Of a DNA stretch of 27,891 nt, positions 9,301-19,626 are shown piece after piece. The DNA comes from Candidatus Cloacimonadota bacterium. Its GTDB lineage: Bacteria > Cloacimonadota > Cloacimonadia > Cloacimonadales > WRIO01. A model generated the notes under the pieces. That model did no database searches. It was not told where the DNA came from and was given only the letters and a program-made list of their open reading frames with translations. Positions within the stretch are counted from its first letter, which is position 1; every line of letters starts with the position of its first letter. The DNA lies in NCBI GenBank assembly GCA_029564175.1, contig JAKQQL010000360.1, positions 1 to 27,891 on the forward strand, written 5' to 3'. Both the position numbers and the translations under genes were made by a program.

Positions 9301-10148
9301 ACTATGAAGTGGTTCAGAAAGTTAAACAGGCAACTGAAGAAACCGAAAACATCTACAAGAAAAAACGTGAACGTTTAAAACATGGTGATGAATTACCATA
9401 CGGCGTTCGTAAAATGGTAAAAGTATATATTGCCAAGAAACGTAAAATTCAGGTAGGTGACAAAATGGCGGGTCGTCACGGTAACAAAGGTGTCATTTCA
9501 AAGATATGCCCTATAGAAGATATGCCATTCCTTGAAAACGGTGAACCGGTTGATATCATTCTGAATACGCTCGGTGTACCATCTCGTATGAATATCGGAC
9601 AGATTATGGAGACTCACCTGGGTATGGCAGCCCGTACACTTGGCTTTGATGTTGAAACACCTGTGTTTGACGGTGCAAAACCGGAAGATATTGCCTATGA
9701 ATTAAGACAAGCGGGTTTACCAGAAGACGGAAAACGTGTTTTGTATGATGGAAAAACGGGTGAACCATTCAACGAAAGAGTTACTGTCGGTGTCATTTAT
9801 ATGTTGAAGCTGAACCATCTGGTAGCTGACAAGATGCATGCCCGTTCAACCGGACCATACTCACTGATTACCCAACAGCCACTTGGCGGTAAGGCACAGC
9901 ACGGTGGACAACGTTTGGGTGAAATGGAAGTTTGGGCTTTGGAAGCTTATGGCGCTGCTCATCTGCTTGAAGAAATGCTAACCCTGAAATCTGATGATGT
10001 GGATGGACGTATTAGTGCTTACAAAGCGATTACATCCGGACAGAATGTTCCAAAACCAGGAACTCCTGAATCATTTAACGTGTTGATCAGTGAATTAAAA
10101 TCATTATGCTTTGATATTGATTTTGTTCAATCCAAAGATATAATGTAG
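6354..10148 (+). CDS. rpoB: DNA-directed RNA polymerase subunit beta
   Basis: [46 protein letters not shown] motifs. TTG 6354 is preferred as start because it lies 6 nt after AAGGAG, whereas ATG 6348 abuts the SD. Confidence 0.98.
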   Translation: [1264 protein letters not shown]

Positions 10149-10159
10149 GAGGTTTCACC

Positions 10160-13100
10160 ATGAGTAATGATAATAAAATGCCAAAATTTGCAACAGCTTA
10201 CGATGCTGTACGTATTCGTATTGCTTCACCTGAAAAGATTCGTTCATGGTCTCGTGGGGAAGTTACTAAATCCGAAACCTTAAACTACAGAACATTAAAA
10301 CCTGAAAAAGATGGTCTTTTCTGCGAAAAGATATTCGGACCTGAAAAAGATTATGAATGTAGCTGTGGTAAGTATAAAAAAAGATCTGCTCAGACCATTG
10401 TGTGTGACCGATGCGGAGTTGAAGTTACGACTTCCCGCGTTCGTCGTTCCAGAATGGGTCATATAGAATTAGCCGTTCCTGTCGCTCATATCTGGTTTGT
10501 TAAGAGTGCACCTTCTAAGATTGGTACATTGCTTGATTTAACCGTTAATAAGCTGGAACGTGTTTTATACTATGAATCATACATAGTGATTGATCCGGGT
10601 GAGAGCGATTACGAAAAAATGGATTTGATTGATACCGATGAATATTACGAAATTATTGACAAAGTAGGTCCAAACTTTAAAGCGAGAATGGGTGCTGAAG
10701 CGATCAGAGAATTACTTGAAAGCATCAATCTTGAAAATGAAGTGGATAAAATAAAGGCTCCGCTTGCCAATGAAACGTCAGTATTTAGAAAACAAAAGCT
10801 TATCCGTAAACTGAAAGTGGTAGAAGCATTTGTACGCTCAGGCAACCGCCCGGAATGGATGGTGCTGGAAGTGTTGCCTGTCTTACCTCCAACGCTCAGA
10901 CCTTTGGTTGCCCTTGAAGGCGGACGATTTGCAACTGCAGATTTCAACGACTTATACCGTCGTGTGATTTCACGTAACAACCGCTTGAAACAGTTAATCG
11001 AAATCCATGCCCCTGAAGTGATTCTCAGAAATGAAAAAAGAATGCTTCAGGAAGCAGTAGATGCTTTGATTGATAACCAAAGTAAAACCAGACCTGTAAA
11101 AGGAAGAGGAAATCGTCCTCTCAAATCTCTGACTGACCAGTTAAAAGGTAAACAAGGTCGATTCAGACAAAACCTTTTAGGTAAACGTGTGGATTATTCC
11201 GGCCGTTCAGTTATCACTGTCGGTCCGCATTTAAAAATCCATCAGTGCGGATTACCAAAAGAAATGGCGATCGAACTGTTTAAGCCTTTCATTATAGAAA
11301 AACTTGAAAAATACGGTGAAACCGAAAAAACAAAATCAGCTAAGAAAATGGTGGAGAAAAAACAGCCACAAATCTGGAAAGTCCTTGAAGAAGTGATTGA
11401 AGATTATCCTGTTTTACTCAACCGTGCGCCTACCCTTCACCGTTTAGGTATTCAGGCATTCATGCCGGTATTAACTGAAAGTAAGGCAATAGAATTACAT
11501 CCAATGGTATGTAGCCCTTTCAATGCCGATTTTGACGGTGACCAGATGGCGGTTCACGTTCCTTTGTCCTATGAAGCGCAAATGGAAGCCCGTACTCTGA
11601 TGCTTTCAGCCAGAAACCTGCTTTTACCTGCCAATGGTAAATTAGCGATGGCTGCGAGTCAGGACATCGTACTTGGTTGTTTTTATCTGACAACAACCAA
11701 AACAAAAGAAGCAGACCCTTCTGCAAAATTAAGATATTTCTCATCAGCTGAAGAAGTTGTTATGGCTTATGAAACTGAGGAATCAAGATGTAGTCAGAAA
11801 GGTCAGGAAATCAAAGATCGTTCTTTTGATTTACATACCTGGATTAGAATTAAAACGGAAGATGTCTATACCAAACAAAAAACCTGGGTCATTACAACTG
11901 TAGGCCGTGTCATTTTTAATACGATATTACCTAAAGAAATGGGCTATCAGAACGTTACATTTGATAAAGGCAAACTGAATGACCTGGCTATGCAAAGTTA
12001 TAAAAAAGTGGGACAGGCCAGAACTGCCGTCTTACTTGATGATATAAAATCTATTGGTTTTAAATATGCAACAAAAGCCGGTATTACCTTTAGTTTCAGT
12101 GATATCATTGTTCCTGAGAAAAAACAGGAAATTATTGATGAAACTGAAAAACAGGTTGAAGAAATTTACGATATCTACCAAAATGGTGGTATTACCGAAA
12201 ATGAAAGATCATCCCGTATTATCGATAAATGGAAAATGGCTACTGAAAAGGTAACAGAAGCATTGATGGAAGATTTGGTGAAAGACCGTGATGGTTTTAA
12301 CTCAATCTACATGATGTATTTATCTGGTGCCCGTGGTGGTAAGGATCAGATCAAACAGCTTGGCGCGATGCGTGGGCTGATGGCAAAGCCAAGTAAATCA
12401 ACCAGCTCTGGTGAGGCAGAAATTATTGAATCTCCAATTAAGTCTAACTTCAAGGAAGGATTGACCGTTTTGGAATACTTTATCTCTACTCACGGTGCAC
12501 GTAAAGGTCTTGCGGATACTGCGTTGAAAACAGCGGATGCAGGTTATCTGACACGTCGTTTGGTTGACGTTGCCCAAAATGCGATTATTACATCTGAAGA
12601 TTGCGGAACCATAGAAGGTTTGGTTGTATCTCCTTTAAAAGAAGGTCTAGAAACAGTACAGTCATTAAAAGATCGTATTGAAGGCCGATTTGCTGCAGAA
12701 GATGTAAGAGATCCCCTTGTAAAAGATCCGATTACCGGCGAAGACAAAATCATTGTACACATGAATGAGTACATTGATGAAGAAAAAGCAACAATTATCC
12801 AGCAACGTGGTATCTATGGCGTTAAGATCAGATCCGTTCTGACCTGTGAAGAAGAAAAAGGTCTTTGCATGAAATGCTATGGTAAAAACCTGGGTAACAA
12901 CAAACTGGTGAAAATCGGTGAACCTGTTGGTGTGATTGCTGCTCAGAGTATCGGTGAACCAGGTACTCAGCTTACACTGAGAACCTTCCATATCGGTGGT
13001 ACTGCAAGTACTGATATTGAGCGTGCAGAAGCAAACTCAAATTATGATGGTATCGTAAAATTCGATCGTATGAATTACGTCATCAATACAGCCGGAGAAT

Positions 13101-14401
13101 ATATCTCGGTCAGTCACTTGGGTCGTATTCAAATCATTGATGAAAAAGATCCATCACTTGTTCAGGAAGAATATAAAGTCGAATACGCAGCAAAGATTGA
13201 TGTTCGTGATGGACAGAAAATTGCTAAAAATACCCGACTTTTCAGCTGGGACAACTACAATAACCCATTAATCACAACCAGTGCCGGAACCGTTAAATTT
13301 GAAAACTTCCAGAAAGATTTAACTTATAAGGAAGAATTTAATGATCTGACCGGTCAGCGTGAAATCACAATCATTGAAAGTAAGGATCGTCGTATCCAGC
13401 CTCAGATTGCGATAGTCAGTCCAGACCGTAAAAAAGATGAAAAATTACTCTTACCTACAGGTCTGATTCTGGAAGTGAATGAAGGGGATCATGTTAATGT
13501 AGGCGATATTCTCGGTAAATCAACACGTATTACGATTAAACAGCGAGATATTACCGGTGGTCTGCCACGCGTTCAGGACTTATTTGAAGCACGTGAACCA
13601 AAAGACAAAGCATTGGTTTCATTTATTTCTGGCCGTGTAACTATCGGAGACTTAACCAAATCCGGTCGTGTGATTTATGTCAGTGCTGATTCAGGTGAGG
13701 AAGAAAAATATATCGTTCCACCTGGAAAGAGAATTATTGTCCATCAGGGCGATATTGTAGAAAGTGGTGATGCATTATCTGACGGTGCTTTAGATTCTCA
13801 CGACATCCTTAAAGCGAAAGGTATCAAAGCCGCTCAATTCCTGATTCTGAACGAAGTTCAGGAAGTCTATCGTAAACAGGGTGTGAAGATTGACGATAAA
13901 CACGTCTCTGTCATTATCCGACAAATGTTTAACAAAGTTCGAATTACTAATCCGGGCTATACGAATTTCCTTGAAGGTGAAGTTGTTGACAAAACGGTTG
14001 TTCTTAAAGAGAATAAACGTATTGAATCAATTGATATTACCCGTGAAGGAAAAGTATTAGAAATCGAAGAAAAAGTCGCAAAATTTGAACAGATGCTCTT
14101 AGGTATCACCAAGGCATCATTACTCACAGACAGCTGGCTGTCAGCTGCAGCGTTCCAGGAAACCCCTCGTGTGCTAACCGAGGCAGCGATAGAAGGTAAG
14201 CTCGATTACCTTGAAGGCTTAAAAGAAAGCATCATTCTTGGACACAGAATACCTGTCGGAACAGGTACTAAAATCTATAATGAAATGGTTCAGAAAGAGA
14301 TTAAAAATGGCAAGTCCATTAAAGAGATCATCCAGATGTTTGCTCATGGCGAAACAGTGGATGAACAAGAAGAATCCATAGATAATGTATTGGATTACTA
14401 A
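10160..14401 (+). CDS. rpoC: DNA-directed RNA polymerase subunit beta'
   Basis: Catalytic NADFDGD, N-terminal Zn ribbon, LLGKRVDYSGRSVI, long SI3-type insertion between TFHIGG and DITGGLP. Confidence 0.99.
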   Translation: MSNDNKMPKFATAYDAVRIRIASPEKIRSWSRGEVTKSETLNYRTLKPEKDGLFCEKIFGPEKDYECSCGKYKKRSAQTIVCDRCGVEVTTSRVRRSRMGHIELAVPVAHIWFVKSAPSKIGTLLDLTVNKLERVLYYESYIVIDPGESDYEKMDLIDTDEYYEIIDKVGPNFKARMGAEAIRELLESINLENEVDKIKAPLANETSVFRKQKLIRKLKVVEAFVRSGNRPEWMVLEVLPVLPPTLRPLVALEGGRFATADFNDLYRRVISRNNRLKQLIEIHAPEVILRNEKRMLQEAVDALIDNQSKTRPVKGRGNRPLKSLTDQLKGKQGRFRQNLLGKRVDYSGRSVITVGPHLKIHQCGLPKEMAIELFKPFIIEKLEKYGETEKTKSAKKMVEKKQPQIWKVLEEVIEDYPVLLNRAPTLHRLGIQAFMPVLTESKAIELHPMVCSPFNADFDGDQMAVHVPLSYEAQMEARTLMLSARNLLLPANGKLAMAASQDIVLGCFYLTTTKTKEADPSAKLRYFSSAEEVVMAYETEESRCSQKGQEIKDRSFDLHTWIRIKTEDVYTKQKTWVITTVGRVIFNTILPKEMGYQNVTFDKGKLNDLAMQSYKKVGQARTAVLLDDIKSIGFKYATKAGITFSFSDIIVPEKKQEIIDETEKQVEEIYDIYQNGGITENERSSRIIDKWKMATEKVTEALMEDLVKDRDGFNSIYMMYLSGARGGKDQIKQLGAMRGLMAKPSKSTSSGEAEIIESPIKSNFKEGLTVLEYFISTHGARKGLADTALKTADAGYLTRRLVDVAQNAIITSEDCGTIEGLVVSPLKEGLETVQSLKDRIEGRFAAEDVRDPLVKDPITGEDKIIVHMNEYIDEEKATIIQQRGIYGVKIRSVLTCEEEKGLCMKCYGKNLGNNKLVKIGEPVGVIAAQSIGEPGTQLTLRTFHIGGTASTDIERAEANSNYDGIVKFDRMNYVINTAGEYISVSHLGRIQIIDEKDPSLVQEEYKVEYAAKIDVRDGQKIAKNTRLFSWDNYNNPLITTSAGTVKFENFQKDLTYKEEFNDLTGQREITIIESKDRRIQPQIAIVSPDRKKDEKLLLPTGLILEVNEGDHVNVGDILGKSTRITIKQRDITGGLPRVQDLFEAREPKDKALVSFISGRVTIGDLTKSGRVIYVSADSGEEEKYIVPPGKRIIVHQGDIVESGDALSDGALDSHDILKAKGIKAAQFLILNEVQEVYRKQGVKIDDKHVSVIIRQMFNKVRITNPGYTNFLEGEVVDKTVVLKENKRIESIDITREGKVLEIEEKVAKFEQMLLGITKASLLTDSWLSAAAFQETPRVLTEAAIEGKLDYLEGLKESIILGHRIPVGTGTKIYNEMVQKEIKNGKSIKEIIQMFAHGETVDEQEESIDNVLDY

Positions 14402-14499
14402 GAACCAATAAAAATTACTTGACTTAAAGTAATTTGAAAAAAATATTGGTTGTAAATGATCTCTTTTGCTATTGGCAAATCATCAAAAAGGAGGAAATT

Positions 14500-14874
14500 G
14501 TGCCAACAATAAACCAGTTGATCCGCAAAGGACGCACAAAAATCGAAAAGAAGAAAAAAAATAGAGCGCTTGCAGCTTGTCCGCAAAGACGTGGTGTATG
14601 TACACGTGTTTATACATCATCTCCAAAAAAACCTAACTCTGCGCTTCGTAAAATTGCCCGTGTTCGTTTAACAAACGGCATCGAAATTACCGCATATATT
14701 CCTGGTGAAGGTCACAACTTGCAGGAACACTCAATCGTATTAGTTCGTGGTGGTCGTGTGAAAGACTTACCCGGTGTTCGCTATCATATCGTTCGTGGTG
14801 CGCTTGACTGTGCCGGTGTCGATAAACGCGTTAACAGCCGTTCTAAATACGGTTCAAAAAGACCTAAGAAATAA
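14500..14874 (+). CDS. rpsL: 30S ribosomal protein S12
   Basis: [27 protein letters not shown]. Start corrected to GTG 14500 behind AAGGAGG. Confidence 0.99.
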   Translation: MPTINQLIRKGRTKIEKKKKNRALAACPQRRGVCTRVYTSSPKKPNSALRKIARVRLTNGIEITAYIPGEGHNLQEHSIVLVRGGRVKDLPGVRYHIVRGALDCAGVDKRVNSRSKYGSKRPKK

Positions 14875-14885
14875 CGGAGGATTAC

Positions 14886-15356
14886 ATGCCAAGAAAAGGT
14901 AAAACCATAAAAAGAGAAATACTCCCAGATCCAAAATATAAAAGTGTACTTTTAAGTAAATTCATCAACTGTGTGATGAAACGTGGCGAAAAAAGTATTG
15001 CTGAAAAAATTGTATATGGTGCTCTGGAAATTATCAGTGAAAAAACTAAAAAAGACGGACTTGAAATATTCACAGAAGCTCTGAACAATATTCGTCCACT
15101 GGTAAAAGTTGTTTCAAGAAGAGTGGGTGGTTCTAACTATCAGATTCCTACTGAAGTAACTGAAAAAGCAGGATTAGCAATTGCTTTCCGTTGGGTAATC
15201 AGTGTATCAAGAAATCGTTCAGAAAAGAATATGAGAGAATGTCTTGCTGCTGAATTACTGGCTGCTTATAAAAAAGAAGGTACCAGCGTTAAAAAAAGAG
15301 AAGATACTCATAAAATGGCTGAAGCAAATAAAGCTTTCGCTCATTTACGCTGGTAG
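14886..15356 (+). CDS. rpsG: 30S ribosomal protein S7
   Basis: MPRKG, RRVGGSNYQIP, HKMAEANKAFAH. Confidence 0.99.
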   Translation: MPRKGKTIKREILPDPKYKSVLLSKFINCVMKRGEKSIAEKIVYGALEIISEKTKKDGLEIFTEALNNIRPLVKVVSRRVGGSNYQIPTEVTEKAGLAIAFRWVISVSRNRSEKNMRECLAAELLAAYKKEGTSVKKREDTHKMAEANKAFAHLRW

Positions 15357-15394
15357 TATAAAGTACTATAAAACAATAAGATATAACAATTCAT

Positions 15395-15420
15395 GTACCA
15401 CGGGCTTTGATGCCCGTGGT
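15395..15420 (+). repeat. GTAC-led GC-rich palindrome (REP-like hairpin) between rpsG and fusA
   Basis: GT-ACCACGGGC-TTTGAT-GCCCGTGGT: perfect 9-bp stem, no U tract. Confidence 0.65.
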
Positions 15421-15450
15421 CATATCATATTACAAAACAGCTGAGGAACC

Positions 15451-17547
15451 ATGACAGAATTAACGGATATTCGAAATATTGGCATTATCGCACATATTGA
15501 TGCAGGAAAGACGACTACTACAGAACGCATTTTATTTTATACTGATACGATCCATAAAATGGGTGAAGTTCATGATGGTAATACGACCACTGACTGGATG
15601 GATCAAGAAAAGGAAAGAGGTATTACTATACAATCTGCAACCATTACCTGTTTTTGGAATGGAAAGCAAATTAATATCATTGATACTCCAGGGCATGTTG
15701 ATTTTACCGCTGAAGTTGAAAGAGCGCTAAGGGTGCTTGATGGAGCTGTTGGTATATTCTGTGCCGTTGGTGGTGTTGAACCTCAATCTGAAACAGTTTG
15801 GCATCAGGCAGATAAATATGCAGTTCCCAGAATTGCATATATCAACAAGATGGATCGATTGGGTGCTGATTATGAAAATGTACTTGAAATGATAAAAAAC
15901 CGTCTTACTCCGAATGCAGTCAGTATTCAGCTACCAATTGGTAAAGAAGATAATCTGTCCGGAGTAATCGATTTAATCGAAATGAAAGCTGTTTATTTTG
16001 ATCAGAAGACACAGGGCAAATCCTATTCTTATGATGACATTCCTGCAAGTATGGTGGATTTGGCTAACACTGCAAGAGAGCAACTGATAGATAAAATTGC
16101 TGAATTTAATGATGAATTAATGTTAGCTTTTCTCGAAGGAGATAATATTAATCCATTGTTAATCAAGAATGCCTTGAGAAAAGGGGTTATTGAAAACAAG
16201 GTTGTTCCTGTTTTAACAGGATCATCTCTGAAAAATATTGGCGTTCAGCTGCTTCTAGATGCCGTTAATGACTATTTACCCTCTCCTTTGGATCTTGCTT
16301 ATCCTGAAGTATTTGATCGGAATAAAAATGAGATGATCAGCCTTAAAACCGATCCAAAAGGAAAGTTTGCTGCACTGGCATTTAAAGTTCAAATTGATAA
16401 ATTTACAGGTAAACTGGTTTATATACGAGTGTACAGTGGTATGTTAAAAAAAGGAGAAGTCTTTTATAATCAGACAAATGGGAAGAAAGAGCGTGCAACT
16501 CGTCTTTTACAAATGCAGTCAAATCGTAAAAGTGATGTAGAAATGGTTCGTGCAGGTGATATTGTTGCCTTAGTAGGTTCAAAATTTACATTTACCGGCG
16601 ATACGATTACAGAAGATAATCATCCGATTCTGCTTACCAGAATGGATTTTCCTGATTCAGTAATAGCTGTTGCTATTGAACCCAAAACAAAAGCGGATCA
16701 GGATATGCTTAGTGAGGCTTTAACCCGTTTTGAAGAAGAAGACCCCACTTTTAAAGTGAAACAGGATAAAGATACCGGACAAACACTTATTACTGGTATG
16801 GGCGAACTTCATCTGGATATCATACTGGACAGATTAAAACGTGAATATAATTTATCGGTTAATCAGGGTAATCCTCAGGTGACTTACAAAGAAACCATCA
16901 ATGAAATTATAGAAGTTGAAGAAGAATTCAGACGTGAGCTGAATGGTAAAATTACCTTCGCATGGGTGAAACTCAGATTATCTCCTTATGATTATGAAAA
17001 TGATAAAGATAATCATTTACAAAGAAAGAATAAATTTATCAGCAAAGTAAATACAGAACTGATACCTGAGAATATTATCAAAGCGATAGAAGAAAGTGCT
17101 TATAATTCTTGCTCTGATGGTCCCTTATTAAGTGGGCAAGTAGAAGGATTGCAGATAGAATTGGTGAAAGCTGAGTATCATCCTGCTGAATCAAATGATG
17201 TTGCCTACAGAATTGCAACAGGGATGGCTATTTCAAGAGGCCTTCAGCAAGCAGGTGCAACCCTCATGGAACCAGTAATGCTTGTCACCATTATTGCACC
17301 CGCAGAATTCATTGGAGATATCATTGGAGATATTAATTCAAAACGTGGAAAAATAATTGAGATAAGAGCTCAGAATCTAAAACAGGAATTATTGGCTGAA
17401 ATTCCTCTCAGTGAATTGTTTGGATATTCAACAAGAATTCGCTCATTATCTCAGGGCAGAGCGATGTTTACCATGGAATTTAAAAAATATGAAAAAATTC
17501 CTTTACAAATACAGAATAATGTGTTAAAAAAGCTTAGAGGTTATTAA
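15451..17547 (+). CDS. fusA: Elongation factor G family GTPase with divergent domain IV
   Basis: [33 protein letters not shown] motifs, full length, str-operon position. Domain IV tip motifs are not canonical. Confidence 0.93.
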   Translation: MTELTDIRNIGIIAHIDAGKTTTTERILFYTDTIHKMGEVHDGNTTTDWMDQEKERGITIQSATITCFWNGKQINIIDTPGHVDFTAEVERALRVLDGAVGIFCAVGGVEPQSETVWHQADKYAVPRIAYINKMDRLGADYENVLEMIKNRLTPNAVSIQLPIGKEDNLSGVIDLIEMKAVYFDQKTQGKSYSYDDIPASMVDLANTAREQLIDKIAEFNDELMLAFLEGDNINPLLIKNALRKGVIENKVVPVLTGSSLKNIGVQLLLDAVNDYLPSPLDLAYPEVFDRNKNEMISLKTDPKGKFAALAFKVQIDKFTGKLVYIRVYSGMLKKGEVFYNQTNGKKERATRLLQMQSNRKSDVEMVRAGDIVALVGSKFTFTGDTITEDNHPILLTRMDFPDSVIAVAIEPKTKADQDMLSEALTRFEEEDPTFKVKQDKDTGQTLITGMGELHLDIILDRLKREYNLSVNQGNPQVTYKETINEIIEVEEEFRRELNGKITFAWVKLRLSPYDYENDKDNHLQRKNKFISKVNTELIPENIIKAIEESAYNSCSDGPLLSGQVEGLQIELVKAEYHPAESNDVAYRIATGMAISRGLQQAGATLMEPVMLVTIIAPAEFIGDIIGDINSKRGKIIEIRAQNLKQELLAEIPLSELFGYSTRIRSLSQGRAMFTMEFKKYEKIPLQIQNNVLKKLRGY

Positions 17548-17561
17548 GAAAGGAGAAAACA

Positions 17562-17867
17562 ATGGAAATTACTTTAAACTTCAATGAAAAAACAGCCTTA
17601 ATGAAGGTTGATGGTATTATTACCAGCGATAATTCATATATTTTTCAGGAAAAATTGGCTGAAGTTCTGAAATCTGATGTTAAGAAACTTGATATTGATT
17701 TATCTGCCTGCCGTAATATGAGTAGTATTGGTATTGGCAAGTTGCTCTTATTTTATAAAGATTTCCTGACTAGAAACGGTGAAATCGAAATAACTAAATC
17801 TTCTCCTGCCGTTTACGAGTTATTTACTACCATTAAGTTAAACCAGCTTATAACGATCAATCTATAA
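17562..17867 (+). CDS. STAS-domain anti-sigma factor antagonist (RsbV/SpoIIAA-like)
   Basis: 101 aa; DLSACRNMSSIGIGKL aligns with the DLSxxxFMDSSGLG motif and keeps the phospho-Ser; AAGGAG SD. Confidence 0.85.
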   Translation: MEITLNFNEKTALMKVDGIITSDNSYIFQEKLAEVLKSDVKKLDIDLSACRNMSSIGIGKLLLFYKDFLTRNGEIEITKSSPAVYELFTTIKLNQLITINL

Positions 17868-17873
17868 TTTAGT

Positions 17874-18782
17874 ATGGATGAGAATTTGTACAACATCCTG
17901 ATTGTGGATGATGATATTGATTTGCTAAATTCTTTAAAAAGTGTGCTGAGTCTATATCAGTATCAAGTCGATACCGCATCCAGTGTAAATAGTGCCTTAA
18001 AGAAGATCACTGTTAATCATTACGATTTGGTTGTCAGCGATATAGAAATGCCTAAAAGGAATGGGCTTGAATTTTTAGAGCAACTTAAAAAAGGGATGTT
18101 AATCAATATTCCTGTTATTTTGATGACGGGCCATTTGGCTGTAGATTATGCAATTGAAGCAATTCGGCTTGGTGCAGATGACTTTATCAAAAAGCCTATA
18201 GAATCAAAAGTGATTCTTAAAGCGATCAATCATCAACTGATTAAGAAAAGACTACAACAGAAAAAGGAAAAAATTGATAATAAGGTTCAGCAATTTTCTG
18301 TTAGATTTGAATTTACACCTGAGGATTTCTTAAATCAGAGTATCCCTGAATACGTGATTCATTATTTGTCGAAGAACATCAGAATACCTTTGAAAAATTT
18401 AAATGAATTATCAATATGTGTAGAAGAAATTATTACCAATGCATTTCTTCATGGCATTCTGAATGTGCCATCTGAGGTACGGCGGAAAGCCTATAAGGAT
18501 TATGTTGTTTTTATTAATCAGCAGATGGATACGGATAAATCCAAAAAAAGAGTCTTTGTAGAAATTTCATATTCAAGTTCGGAACACCTCTTGCGTTTAT
18601 CTGTTAAAGATGAAGGTGATGGCTTTAATACCCATATGTTTATACAGAATAATAAGCCTTTGATTAATTTTGATTCAGCAACTGGCAGAGGATTAAATCT
18701 GATTCAAATTTTGTCAGACCGACTATCCTTTTCAGAAAACGGTACCAGAATTACGATTGAAAAATATATTGATGAAGAATAA
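17874..18782 (+). CDS. Response regulator receiver domain fused to an RsbW-like (HATPase_c) serine kinase domain
   Basis: REC motifs IVDDD, SDIEMP, MTG, KKP. C-terminal N-box EIITNAFLHG, DEGDGF and GRGL; no HisKA H-box seen. Confidence 0.85.
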   Translation: MDENLYNILIVDDDIDLLNSLKSVLSLYQYQVDTASSVNSALKKITVNHYDLVVSDIEMPKRNGLEFLEQLKKGMLINIPVILMTGHLAVDYAIEAIRLGADDFIKKPIESKVILKAINHQLIKKRLQQKKEKIDNKVQQFSVRFEFTPEDFLNQSIPEYVIHYLSKNIRIPLKNLNELSICVEEIITNAFLHGILNVPSEVRRKAYKDYVVFINQQMDTDKSKKRVFVEISYSSSEHLLRLSVKDEGDGFNTHMFIQNNKPLINFDSATGRGLNLIQILSDRLSFSENGTRITIEKYIDEE

Positions 18783-19626
18783 TACATCTTCAGATGTTTT
18801 ATCTGTAATCAATGCAGGTGAAAAAATTTTAGAAAACAGTCAGATTCAGAGTGCTCGAAATGAAGCTGAACAAATTGTCTCATATTTTATGAAGATGACC
18901 AAAACAGCTTTATATTTAAATATGAATCAGCTGATTCCTGATGCAACGCAAAAAAACATCGATGAGGCTTTCAGAAAAAGAGCCAAAAGATATCCTTTGC
19001 AGTATATCTTACAGGAAGTTCATTTTTTGAATACCATACTTAAGGTGGATGAAAGTGTTTTGATTGCAAGACCAGAAACCGAATTTTTATGTGATTTCAT
19101 TATCAGGGAATACCAAAAAAAGGATATCCGTCAAATCAGATGTCTGGATATGGGCACTGGCTCAGGTGCAATTGCAATTTCTTTAAAAAAAGAATTAAAA
19201 ATGATCTCTATGGAAGCAGTCGATATTTCTGACAGAGCACTAAGGACTGCAAAGAAAAATGCAGAATTTAATCAGACTCAGATTCATTTTATTCAGTCTG
19301 ATTTGTTTGAAAATGTGCAGGGAAAGTATGATTTGATTATTTCAAATCCACCCTATGTGACTGAAGCGGAATATTCGCAGTTGGAACCAGAATTATTTTT
19401 TGAACCTAAGAATGCCTTAGTTTCAGAAAACAATGGGCTTAATCATATTTTTAAAATCATTGCTTCTGCAATTGATTATATGAATCCAAATGCTGTATTA
19501 TATCTGGAAATAGGCGCAAAGCAGGCTGAAACGATTATCAGTGTAACAAAAAATTACCGTTACAGAACGGTTCAGATTATCAAAGATTTAAGTGGATTTG
19601 ACCGATTTATCAGGTTGGAGTTATAA
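18772..19626 (+). CDS. prmC: Peptide chain release factor N5-glutamine methyltransferase
   Basis: PLQYI, VLIARPETE, LDMGTGSGAIA, SNPPY. Start likely ATG 18772, overlapping the upstream gene's end. Confidence 0.96.
   Translation: MKNNTSSDVLSVINAGEKILENSQIQSARNEAEQIVSYFMKMTKTALYLNMNQLIPDATQKNIDEAFRKRAKRYPLQYILQEVHFLNTILKVDESVLIARPETEFLCDFIIREYQKKDIRQIRCLDMGTGSGAIAISLKKELKMISMEAVDISDRALRTAKKNAEFNQTQIHFIQSDLFENVQGKYDLIISNPPYVTEAEYSQLEPELFFEPKNALVSENNGLNHIFKIIASAIDYMNPNAVLYLEIGAKQAETIISVTKNYRYRTVQIIKDLSGFDRFIRLEL

Noticed and set aside
12997..13545. Long insertion in the RpoC trigger loop as a possible intein
   Set aside because: Position and size match the known SI3 lineage insertion; no intein Cys/Ser start or His-Asn end.
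14500..14874. Streptomycin-resistance alleles in rpsL (and a fosfomycin-resistance allele in murA)
   Set aside because: PKKPNS and RVKDLP lysines are wild type, and the MurA active-site Cys is retained.
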